From positions 41,410 to 105,409 of the forward strand of contig JAKSPT010000002.1 of the NCBI GenBank assembly GCA_024404495.1: a stretch of DNA of 64,000 nt. The letters are read 5' to 3'. Position 1 is the stretch's first letter, and the number at the start of each line of letters is the position of its first letter. Made by a program: the position numbers and the translations under genes. The DNA comes from Lachnospiraceae bacterium. Lineage in GTDB: Bacteria > Bacillota > Clostridia > Oscillospirales > CAG-272. Under the pieces are notes generated by a model, which saw only the letters and a list, made by a program, of their open reading frames with translations, did not search any database and was not told where the DNA came from. Below are positions 55,954 through 64,000 of this stretch, in pieces.

Positions 55954-56901
55954 TTAATCGGGGTAGACCGAGGAGAAACCGTAATATTCCTCCATCGTTC
56001 CCGCCTCCGTGATGGCGCGGCAAAGCTCGGGCGAGCCGATATAGCGGACGTGCCACGGCTCGTACATATAGCCGGTGACGCTCTCCTTGCCCTTCGGATA
56101 GCGGATGATGAAGCCGTAATCGCAGCAGTGCGCGGCGAGCCAGATGCCTTCCTTCGTCGTTTCAAAGACGGTGTGGCAGTCGATGACGTCGATCGCAAGT
56201 CCGGTCTCATGCTCCGAGTGACCGGGGCGCGCGGAGAAGCGGTCAGCCTGTGCCTTGCCGTGGCTCTGGATATAGGAATTGTAGAGCCATTCCTGCGTCG
56301 GGTAATCGCGGAAGCTCGAAACGCTGTAAAAGCGGATCCCTTCCTTCGCGGCGTCGGCGCACATCCGGTTGAACGCCGCTCTCGTTTCGGGCGTGACCGG
56401 ATAAGGATCGCCGTCGCGTTCGTAATCGAGCGCCGGGTAGTAGTCGGCGGGGAGGGAATAGGTCTTGTTCGCGATGACCTGCCCGTCGATATAGGTGACG
56501 CCGTTCTTGACCTCGATCGGGTAGCCTTTGGAGGTATATCCGGTGATCACGGCGCCCGGAACCTTCGCGGGCTTTTCAAAGGGCTCGGTTTCGGGTTCCG
56601 TTTCGGGCACCGTCTCGGGCTCCGTTTCCGGCACCGTCTCGGGCTCCGTTTCCGGGACCGTTTCGGGTTCGGTTTCGGGAATTGTCTCGGGTTCCGTTTC
56701 GGGAATTGTCTCGGGTTCCGTTTCGGGAACGGTCTCCGGAGCCGTTTCGGGCTCGGTTTCCGGGTCGGTGACGGGGGCGGTTTCCGGTTTCGTTTCCCGC
56801 AGGGATTCATACGGAGGATCGGGGCGCTTTGAGACCCACGCGCAGGAGGAAAGAAGCGCGGTCAGGAGAAGAACGAGGGTGATTTTCAGACTTGATTTCA
56901 T
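55954..56901 (-). CDS. M15-family D-alanyl-D-alanine carboxypeptidase (VanY-like) lipoprotein with a (PETE)n linker
   Basis: SEHETGLAIDV and EPWHVRY motifs; lipobox LLSSCAW; ~20 tandem ETEP/ETVP repeats. Confidence 0.75.
   Translation of the reverse strand: MKSSLKITLVLLLTALLSSCAWVSKRPDPPYESLRETKPETAPVTDPETEPETAPETVPETEPETIPETEPETIPETEPETVPETEPETVPETEPETVPETEPETEPFEKPAKVPGAVITGYTSKGYPIEVKNGVTYIDGQVIANKTYSLPADYYPALDYERDGDPYPVTPETRAAFNRMCADAAKEGIRFYSVSSFRDYPTQEWLYNSYIQSHGKAQADRFSARPGHSEHETGLAIDVIDCHTVFETTKEGIWLAAHCCDYGFIIRYPKGKESVTGYMYEPWHVRYIGSPELCRAITEAGTMEEYYGFSSVYPD
56560..56810. repeat. Tandem 12-nt coding repeats (ETEP/ETVP linker)
   Basis: ccgtttcgggaa/ttgtctcgggtt-type units repeated ~20 times. 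Confidence 0.8.
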
Positions 56902-56905
56902 TTTT

Positions 56906-58273
56906 TCAGAGCTCGGTGACGTTGTTTTCAAGAAGGACGGAGACGTTTTCTTTGCCGGTGATCGCGCGGGTGCTGCCGACCGTGACGATATCCTTTGCGT
57001 CAAGGAGATCGACAGAGCCTGTCGGATGGACGGCAAGCAGCGTGCCGGAGCGCTTTACGCCCTTGTCCTTCGCGGAAAAGACGTTTTTGAGGATCAGATT
57101 GCCGATCTCGCCGTAGACCGAGAAGACCTCCATGTTTTCGGAGTCTCCGTTTTCGAGAACGGTCACGCCGTCGATGATGAGATTCCGGATCTTATGGGTC
57201 TTTCCGCCCGCCGCGACGTAGGCGTCGATCGTGCGCGGCGTCGTGGAATGGAACGGGAAGCCGAATTCGCCGACCGCGCGGGCGTCGATCGGGTATTCGT
57301 GGCGGATGTTCTTCAGCGTGAGGCAGCGGATATCGCCGCCGACCGAGAAGAGCATCGGCGGACGGTAGTCGTAGTTCGGCGCGGTGTGGGTGAGGCTGAC
57401 GTTTTCGATGAAGATATCACCGAAATTTCCCGCCGTTTCGTCCGGGAACCACGAGTTGATGTAGAACCCGAAGGAACGGTAGGAGCCCGAGACGTTGCGG
57501 ATCGTGACGCGGTCGCAGAGACCGGTGCCGCGCGAAAGGATGCGGATCGCCTGATCGGCGTCGTCGAGGAAGACGCCGTCAACGAGCACGTCGGTGATCG
57601 AAGAAACGCCGTCGCCCTCGTCGGGACCGATGTTCATGAAGTCGTCGCCGACCTTGCCGCCGACGTTGCGGATGGTCAGAAATTCGCCGGGACCCCAGAA
57701 GTGGAAGCCGTCCTGATTCTGCGCCTGCATCCGGTGGGGCAGATCGACCCACGAATCCTCGATGGTGCAGTTGCGGAAATTGGTGAGCATAAAGGCGTAG
57801 GTGCGGAAATCGACGATGCGGATGCCGCGGACGAGGAGATCCTCAACGCCGCAGAATTCGATCGGAACGGTGCCGTGACGGCCGTTGAAGGTGTTCGCGC
57901 CGTTCATCCACGGGTCCTCGGGATAGTCGTGGATCTGATCCGGGCAGTTGCCGTTATAGGTGCCGCCGATCAGAGAGATGTTTCTCGCGGTGCGTACCTT
58001 GCGGTCCCAGATCTCGTTGCGGATCAGCGGATGGTTGGACTGCCCCTTCTGGAAGAAGCCGCAGTCGGAGGTGAGACATTCAATGGTCGTATTGGAATGG
58101 ACGACGAGCTCGGAAACGAGCGCCGCACCGTCCATCACGAGGCGGACGCCGCCCGAACGCTTCGCTTCGTCGAGCGCGTTCTGAATTTCTTTCGTTACGT
58201 CGGTGCCGCCGCCCGTGCGGACGTCGGAGTCGAGGACGGCGATATCACTTGCGAGAATGGTTTTGATCGTCAT
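56906..58273 (-). CDS. Right-handed parallel beta-helix (pectate-lyase-fold) glycoside-hydrolase-like protein
   Basis: 455 aa with repeated NxxI beta-helix rungs (NISLIGGTY, NCTIEDSW, NVSGSY, NVSLTH); 5 nt from the downstream M15 gene. Confidence 0.5.
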   Translation of the reverse strand: MTIKTILASDIAVLDSDVRTGGGTDVTKEIQNALDEAKRSGGVRLVMDGAALVSELVVHSNTTIECLTSDCGFFQKGQSNHPLIRNEIWDRKVRTARNISLIGGTYNGNCPDQIHDYPEDPWMNGANTFNGRHGTVPIEFCGVEDLLVRGIRIVDFRTYAFMLTNFRNCTIEDSWVDLPHRMQAQNQDGFHFWGPGEFLTIRNVGGKVGDDFMNIGPDEGDGVSSITDVLVDGVFLDDADQAIRILSRGTGLCDRVTIRNVSGSYRSFGFYINSWFPDETAGNFGDIFIENVSLTHTAPNYDYRPPMLFSVGGDIRCLTLKNIRHEYPIDARAVGEFGFPFHSTTPRTIDAYVAAGGKTHKIRNLIIDGVTVLENGDSENMEVFSVYGEIGNLILKNVFSAKDKGVKRSGTLLAVHPTGSVDLLDAKDIVTVGSTRAITGKENVSVLLENNVTEL

Positions 58274-58285
58274 AATGTTTTCTCC

Positions 58286-60349
58286 TTAATGATTCTTGGA
58301 CTTTCCGGTGATGCGGGCGATTTCATAAAGCATCCAGCTTGCCTGCTCCTGATTCGCGGAGTCTGCCATTTTGCCGGTATTGAGCCAGGTCTCGGGATAG
58401 GTGTCGCGGGAACGGCCGTCGATGAAGGTGAGCATTTCGTTCAGACGTTCGGTATTGCCGGTCACCCACAGATAGTGGATCTCCCACGCAAGACCCTTGC
58501 CGATGACGTGATTGCCCTTGCCCGTGATCTCGTCGTTCTCGTTCAGAACGACGGTGACGGGGAGCATATCGTGCCCGTCGTATTTTTCGCACGCGGTCAG
58601 ATACGCTTCGTAGGTGTTCGCCATGATCTCCTCGTCCATCGCGTACCAGTCGCAGGCGATCGGCGCGAGGTTGACGAAGGAGAAGCCCTTGTATTCCTTG
58701 CCCTTTTCGTCAAGCGCGATCATCTCGGTGTAGATCGTCTTTCCGTTGAAGTCGGAAACGAGCGTTTCGTGCACGGCGGCGGCGATCGCGTCGGCTTCGG
58801 AGGCAAAAGCGTTCCTGTCGGATTCATACCCGAGGAGGGCGGCGACCGCGCTCATCTTGTGCAGCGCCTCGGAGGCGAAGCAGTTGGTGATCGGGTCGTA
58901 GCAGTCCCAGTATCTGCCGTCGCGGGAATGCTCGTAGTTCGGGTTGCGGAGCAGACCGTTTTCGTGGTGATAGTTCTCGTCCTCAAGGAAGTACCACGCG
59001 AAATCCGAGAACAGATCGTAGCTTTCCTTTACCATATCGCGGTATTCGGGCAGATCGAGGAGGGCGAACATCGCGAAGGCGTTGACGAACATATAGTTGC
59101 CGTCCACCTGAACCTTTTCGGAGATCGCGTTGAGCTTCGAGAAGGTGACGAGCGCCGCGGGGGTGCCGTTCGTGCCGTACAGCTCGGCGCCCTCGACCGT
59201 GATCGACCACGGTCCCTTTTCATCCTTCGTGAAGGTGGGGAGCGGGAAATCGACGGTGACGGTTTCGGGCTTGCCGGTCAGCTCTTTTTCGACCGTGCCG
59301 ACGACCCTGTCGCCGTATTTCAGCGTGATCTTCGCCTTTGCGCCCGAGAGGACGAGATCGGCGGAGGTGAGGAAGGCGGCGTTTTTGTCGGCCGGGAAGA
59401 CGATCTCGTTCTCGTCGGTCTTCACCGTGCCGTCGGGGGAGAGGGTATCCTTGGAGGGCGCCTTTCCGATGCGGAAGGCGAGGGTGTTTCCGGTTTTTGC
59501 CCAGCCGCCGTAGGCGGGCTTGTCGTAGTTATAGGAAATCACCTTGCCGCCGCCCGTGATGCCGGAGAGGACGACGTTGCCGTCGGCGTCCTGCGCGGCG
59601 ATCGTCATGACGTAGGTCTCGCCCGGTTCGACGCTGACGGGGGTCTCAAAGGGGACCGTCACGAAGCCGCTCTTCATCCCGTTCAGATCGGCCTCGGCCG
59701 AAGCGATCGAATCGTCGTCGGGCGCTGTGCCGATCTTCACGAAAAGCGTTCCCTCGGAGGCGCTGTTCTGCAGATAGAAGCTGACCTCACTGAAGGAGGA
59801 GAACGGAACGGAGAAGGTCTGTGCGGCGGCGTTCGTGGGCAGGGTGATCTTATAGAGCGCGATCGCGCTGCTTTCCTGAAAATAGGTCGATTCGTCGGGC
59901 TCTTCGATGACGGAGAGGGTGGAGTACAGCTCCTTTTTCTTCGGCTCGTCCATGATATGCACGGCGAAATCCTTTTTCATTCCGCGGTGGAAGCCGATCA
60001 TATAGGAGAGCAGGGAGGCGGCGTAATCGTAGTCGCCGTTCGCGACGTGCGCCATGACCTGGATCGAGGCGTCGCGGACGAACATTCCGGAGTAGGCGCC
60101 GGTCAGCGAGGTCTGCGCGTAGCCGTTACCGTGCGTGCGGTCGAGCATCGTCTGATAGGTGGCGTCGTAAAGGGACTGCCCTTTTTCTGTGAGTCTGACG
60201 TAGTTGATCATTTCGGGTTCCTCTTTGGTTTCGGTTGGGTCGGTATCTGCGGGAGGAGGAGACGGGGGCGTTTCCCTCGTGCAGGCGGGCAGGAGTAAAA
60301 GCAGAGAAAGCAGGAGTGCGGGGAGCCGGATCAGGTGTTTCCGTTTCAT
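58286..60349 (-). CDS. Lipoprotein, putative (alpha/alpha)6-type glycoside hydrolase
   Basis: Lipobox LLLLLPACT; 687 aa; family not resolved. Confidence 0.4.
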   Translation of the reverse strand: MKRKHLIRLPALLLSLLLLLPACTRETPPSPPPADTDPTETKEEPEMINYVRLTEKGQSLYDATYQTMLDRTHGNGYAQTSLTGAYSGMFVRDASIQVMAHVANGDYDYAASLLSYMIGFHRGMKKDFAVHIMDEPKKKELYSTLSVIEEPDESTYFQESSAIALYKITLPTNAAAQTFSVPFSSFSEVSFYLQNSASEGTLFVKIGTAPDDDSIASAEADLNGMKSGFVTVPFETPVSVEPGETYVMTIAAQDADGNVVLSGITGGGKVISYNYDKPAYGGWAKTGNTLAFRIGKAPSKDTLSPDGTVKTDENEIVFPADKNAAFLTSADLVLSGAKAKITLKYGDRVVGTVEKELTGKPETVTVDFPLPTFTKDEKGPWSITVEGAELYGTNGTPAALVTFSKLNAISEKVQVDGNYMFVNAFAMFALLDLPEYRDMVKESYDLFSDFAWYFLEDENYHHENGLLRNPNYEHSRDGRYWDCYDPITNCFASEALHKMSAVAALLGYESDRNAFASEADAIAAAVHETLVSDFNGKTIYTEMIALDEKGKEYKGFSFVNLAPIACDWYAMDEEIMANTYEAYLTACEKYDGHDMLPVTVVLNENDEITGKGNHVIGKGLAWEIHYLWVTGNTERLNEMLTFIDGRSRDTYPETWLNTGKMADSANQEQASWMLYEIARITGKSKNH

Positions 60350-60361
60350 AAAGAAGCCTCC

Positions 60362-61408
60362 TTATTCTTTTTCGCCGCGGAACGCCCTCCAAGGCAGCTC
60401 CGCGTCTTTGCGGTTCGTTAAAATATCGTCGATGTGGAAGAGCAGAGGAAAATCCCGGGCGTCGAGCTTTCCGTTTGCCGCCGCGATCCGTACCGCGCGG
60501 GCGACGCGCCCGGCAACGACGAGCGATTCGAGGGTGACGCCGTTCAGCTTCGCCTTTGCCTCCTCGATCGGAAGCCCCTCGCCGAGCAGGATGCCGATCA
60601 GACGGGTGCGCCCGCCGTAGACCGTGACGTAGAGGTCGCCGAGCCCGACCGCGAGGTTGTTCAGATCGGAAGCACCCTGATATGCGAGCAGCTTCGCCAT
60701 TTCGCGCACGCTCTGCCCGAAGACCGCCGCCTGCGAGTTGTAATGCAGCGTTTCGTCGCCGAAACGGCGGTGATTCAGCCCGATCGTCAACGCGATGCCG
60801 AGGGCGTAGCCGTTTTTGAGTGCGACCGCCGACTCGATGCCGACGACGTCGGTCGTGATGCCGACGTTATAGTAATCGGTCTCCATGATCGAGCGGAGCT
60901 TTTCGAGGATCTTCAGGTCGCGTCCGCAGAAGAAGACCTCGGTCCGGTCGTGCGCGACAAGCTCGTAGCTCGTGCAGGGACCGCCGACCGCGTTCATCGG
61001 GACCGACTTGCCGAGGGAGGCGAGCTTCTTTTCAAAAAACGCGGGATAGGTGGAAAGCGTGCCGTCCGGCTCGTCGAAAAGTCCCTTCGTGACCGTGAGC
61101 ACCGGGGTCCCGTCGGGGATCAGCGGCAGGACCGTGTCGGCGAACCATTCGACGCCGAAGGAACTGACGCCGCCGATGACGAGGTCGGCGCCGTCTATCG
61201 CGTCCTTTACCTCTTCGATCTGATGATAAGTGACCCCGGCGGGAAAATCCCGGTCGAATTTCGGGTGTCTGCCGGTATTTTTGCAGGTATCTATGATTTC
61301 CCGGTCGAGGTGGGTGCCGACGAGGCGGACCTCGTGTCCGTTTTCGCGTGCCGGGAAGGCAAGCGCCGAGCCCATCATACCGGAGCCGACGATCGTGACG
61401 ATGGCCAT
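60362..61408 (-). CDS. NAD(P)H-dependent glycerol-3-phosphate dehydrogenase-like (GpsA family)
   Basis: N-terminal Rossmann motif IVGSGMMGSALAFPARENGHEV plus C-terminal GpsA-like region. Confidence 0.5.
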   Translation of the reverse strand: MAIVTIVGSGMMGSALAFPARENGHEVRLVGTHLDREIIDTCKNTGRHPKFDRDFPAGVTYHQIEEVKDAIDGADLVIGGVSSFGVEWFADTVLPLIPDGTPVLTVTKGLFDEPDGTLSTYPAFFEKKLASLGKSVPMNAVGGPCTSYELVAHDRTEVFFCGRDLKILEKLRSIMETDYYNVGITTDVVGIESAVALKNGYALGIALTIGLNHRRFGDETLHYNSQAAVFGQSVREMAKLLAYQGASDLNNLAVGLGDLYVTVYGGRTRLIGILLGEGLPIEEAKAKLNGVTLESLVVAGRVARAVRIAAANGKLDARDFPLLFHIDDILTNRKDAELPWRAFRGEKE

Positions 61409-61515
61409 AAGGAGCATCTCCTTTTTCGTTCTTTTTTCTTCATTATATCCGATACGGAGCGGTTTTTCAAGGCGTTTTCAAAGATTTTACGGTTTTTTTC
61501 GGCGCGGGAATGCTC

Positions 61516-61544
61516 TTGACTTTCTTTCCTCCTTATGTTATACT
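61516..61544 (+). promoter_or_regulatory. Sigma70-type promoter for the solute-binding protein gene
   Basis: TTGACT (61516-61521), 17-nt spacer, TATACT (61539-61544). Confidence 0.55.
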
Positions 61545-61592
61545 GACCTTGTACGAACCGTACGAACGAAAATAGCATAAGGAGAAAACGAC

Positions 61593-63086
61593 ATGAAAAA
61601 ACGTATAGCCGCTCTGGTTCTCGCTCTGCTGACGATTCTCTCCGTTCTTGCCGCCTGCGCGGAAACGAAGGAGCCCGGCAAGGAGACCGTTCCCCCCGGA
61701 AGCGAGACCGAAGGCGAAACCGCCGCAAAGCTCGGCGTTCCCGAGGAGCTGGATTACGACGGGCGCACCTTCACCGTCCTGACCTGCCCCGGTGAAAATC
61801 AGACGACCGAGATCTACTGGACGCATTTCGGCGTCGAGGAAGAGACCGCCGACGACCTGAACGACGGCGTTTACCGTGCCAACGCGAGAACCGAGGCGTA
61901 TCTCAATATCGAATTCGAGAACGACACCTCCGGCAGCCTCGTCGATACCTCGGTTTACCGTCAGCACATCGCCGCGGACGACGGCGCCTTTGACGAAGCG
62001 ATCTGGATCGACCGTTTCGCGCTTGCGCTCGCCGAGGACGGTATGGTCTATTCGATGAACGACCTCGCCGATTATCACGTTGATCTCGATCAGCCGTGGT
62101 GGTACGCCACGCTGAACGAATATCTGTCGATCGACAATAAGCTGTATCTTGCCGCCGGTTATTCCGATATCTCTCTCTTCGGCGGTATGGCGATCATGCT
62201 CTTCAACAAGACGATCGCCACCGACCTGCAGCTCGGCAACATTTATCAGATGGTCTACGACGGCACCTGGGATTTCGACACGATGTACACGATGATGACC
62301 TCTGCCGCGAAGGAGCTTGACGGCGACCAGAAGATGACCGACGCCGACCAGTGGGGCGCCGTGTGGGTCGATACCTACTGGAACAACCCCTTCCACGCGG
62401 TCAACGGCGTCTTTATCATCGACAAGGACGAATACGATATGCCGTATCTCTCCGCGACCGAGGACGAAGACCTGTACAATATCTGGGAGTTCATGCTTGA
62501 AAACTTCCACGACCCGGCGTGCTCCTACGATATCAAGAACACCTCGAAATACAGCGCGGGTCATCCCTACGAGAACGTCGTGAATATGTTCGCCGACAAC
62601 AAGGCGCTCTTCACCGGCACCGTTCCGTTCTACCTCTACCTCCTCCGTGAAAAGGCGGACTACGGCATCATCCCGTTCCCGAAGACCGAAGCGGTCGAGC
62701 CCGGTACGCCCTACTATACCTACAGCACCGGTATCGTCGCGCACTTCGCTCCCTCCACGACGAAGGATCCCGAATTCACCTCCGCCGTGCTCGAAACGAC
62801 CAACTATTACTACTATAAGGACGCGATCCCGAACTATCTCGACGTCGTCCTCGCGTACAAGCAGACCCGTGACGACGACTCCGCGAATATGCTCGATATG
62901 GCGATCAAGTACCGCCGCCTCGAGCTCGGTCAGACCTTCTGGTTCGATTCCGCGATGGGCGCCGCGAGCACGGTTTACGGCTCGAAGAACGGCGTCGGCG
63001 TCTTCGCCTCCACCTTCGATTCCTACGCGGCGAAGATCGAGAGCGCGATCGAACGCACCGTCGATATGTTTGAAAAGCTCGGCTGA
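61593..63086 (+). CDS. ABC-transporter-type extracellular solute-binding lipoprotein (carbohydrate)
   Basis: Lipobox LSVLAACA; 497-aa family-1-like substrate-binding protein pattern; terminator ccccgcgctccggcgcggggg-tttttt at 63096-63125. Confidence 0.5.
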   Translation: MKKRIAALVLALLTILSVLAACAETKEPGKETVPPGSETEGETAAKLGVPEELDYDGRTFTVLTCPGENQTTEIYWTHFGVEEETADDLNDGVYRANARTEAYLNIEFENDTSGSLVDTSVYRQHIAADDGAFDEAIWIDRFALALAEDGMVYSMNDLADYHVDLDQPWWYATLNEYLSIDNKLYLAAGYSDISLFGGMAIMLFNKTIATDLQLGNIYQMVYDGTWDFDTMYTMMTSAAKELDGDQKMTDADQWGAVWVDTYWNNPFHAVNGVFIIDKDEYDMPYLSATEDEDLYNIWEFMLENFHDPACSYDIKNTSKYSAGHPYENVVNMFADNKALFTGTVPFYLYLLREKADYGIIPFPKTEAVEPGTPYYTYSTGIVAHFAPSTTKDPEFTSAVLETTNYYYYKDAIPNYLDVVLAYKQTRDDDSANMLDMAIKYRRLELGQTFWFDSAMGAASTVYGSKNGVGVFASTFDSYAAKIESAIERTVDMFEKLG

Positions 63087-63189
63087 TCTCAGCCGGTCAA
63101 TAGTCCCCCGCGCTCCGGCGCGGGGGATTTTTTACGCAAGAAAACGGCAGATCCCGGTTTTCGGGACTCTGCCGTTTTCCAAAGAGATT

Positions 63190-63500
63190 TTTCCTCGTTC
63201 TCGTCCGCGTTTCTTCGGGCGGTGCCGTAGGGCGGGGCCTTGTGTCCCGCCGCGATAAAAAAGGCAAAAGGCGAAGCGGGAAGCGAGGCGCGTCACCGTA
63301 CTTGATACGGAGAAATCGCTCTTCGTATCCCGGTTCGTGACGTATTACGCTCTCTGCCCCGCCTCCCGCTCTCCTGCCGCGGCGGGACACGAGGCCCCGC
63401 CCTACGATGTATTCCCAAAGTGAAGCGGACGCGCTCGAAGGGCGTCACCTGAAGAGAACCGGACAATAAAGACGATAAATCTTCACACGCCCAAAGAGGG
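63190..63500 (+). repeat. Copy D of the GC-hairpin terminal-inverted-repeat element family
   Basis: Left repeat 63226-63254, right repeat 63378-63406; the internal segment is itself a nested palindrome (gcgtcac...gatacgg...ccgtatc-like symmetry) and is the rc of copy B's internal segment. Confidence 0.85.
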
Positions 63501-63518
63501 GAATACCATTTTCATGTT

Positions 63519-64000
63519 TTATCGGTTCAGGGCGTTCCGGTCGAGCGTGAAGGATTTCCCCTTGAAGGTGACCGAAAGGATGCCGTCGGCATCCTCCGAG
63601 ATCACGGGAAGCGCTTCGCCCTTGCGGACCGGAAAGAGCAGGGTGGTGAAGTGGCGGCTCTCGGTCGGCGCGGCGTCCCAGAGCAGGGTGGTCGCCGGGT
63701 GATTGCGCTCCGCGTTTCTGCCGATGAACCACCCGAGGTATTCGGGCTCGGTCTGACCGGAGGCGGTGCGTGAGGTCGGGACGCTTTCGCCCCTGTCGGT
63801 GACCGGAACGAGGAGCAGGTCCCATTCCTTTCCGAAATCGGCGTAATACGCGCCGGGGGAGGCGGGGCAGGGCGCGACGTTCAGCGTGTCCATGTGGAAA
63901 CGCACCGAATAGACGTGAGGATTTCCGTCGTTCGCGGTGACCGTGTCGCGGACGATAAAGAATTCCGGCTTGCAGAAGCGCACCTCGCGGCGGTGGACGG
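63519..64000 (-). CDS. C-terminal part of a hypothetical protein (runs off the window end)
   Basis: Open minus-strand frame from the window end to a TAA at 63519-63521. Confidence 0.4.
   Translation of the reverse strand, partial: VHRREVRFCKPEFFIVRDTVTANDGNPHVYSVRFHMDTLNVAPCPASPGAYYADFGKEWDLLLVPVTDRGESVPTSRTASGQTEPEYLGWFIGRNAERNHPATTLLWDAAPTESRHFTTLLFPVRKGEALPVISEDADGILSVTFKGKSFTLDRNALNR

Noticed and set aside
56560-56810. Possible CRISPR array
   Set aside because: The units are 12 nt, in frame and inside a coding sequence (ETEP linker) with no spacers; no CRISPR array or cas genes exist anywhere in the window.

Overview
This is a high-GC (about 60-65% by eye) Clostridia-type chromosomal segment of densely packed housekeeping and carbohydrate-utilisation genes. 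Features I can support: (1) truB, an RnfC/RnfD-like pair, a tRNA-Met/tRNA-Glu operon with a consensus promoter, an AraC-controlled amino-sugar cluster, a CHAP/SH3b cell-wall hydrolase, an M20 peptidase with a YfcC transporter, an ECF sigma/anti-sigma operon, a sigma factor fused to an ~860-aa C-terminal extension, KDPG aldolase, an M48 peptidase, the aroC-aroE/K(fused)-aroQ-aroA operon, IMPDH, and a block of glycoside-hydrolase, M15 peptidase and solute-binding lipoproteins. (2) Two visibly AT-rich islands: 37.6-40.9 kb encodes a single 1016-aa protein with a C-terminal calcineurin-like metallophosphoesterase domain; 51.3-52.6 kb encodes a PD-(D/E)xK-like nuclease-fold protein beside a small zinc-ribbon protein. 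(3) A locus of two tandem WYL-domain regulators, a structured tRNA-mimic ncRNA (Y RNA/YrlA-like) and an overlapping SPFH(band 7)-RtcB pair, which I read as a candidate RNA-repair/stress module. (4) The signal I find most novel: five intergenic copies of a ~200-450 bp nested-palindromic element bounded by a 29-bp GC-rich terminal inverted repeat (cgtagggcggggccttgtgtcccgccgcg). The segment between the repeats is in opposite orientation in copy B versus copy D while the asymmetric flanking arms keep the same orientation, which suggests site-specific inversion (inverton-like) or a REPIN/MITE-like mobile family. No recombinase, transposase or integrase gene is visible in this window. All functional calls rest on motif recognition by eye and need HMM/BLAST confirmation.
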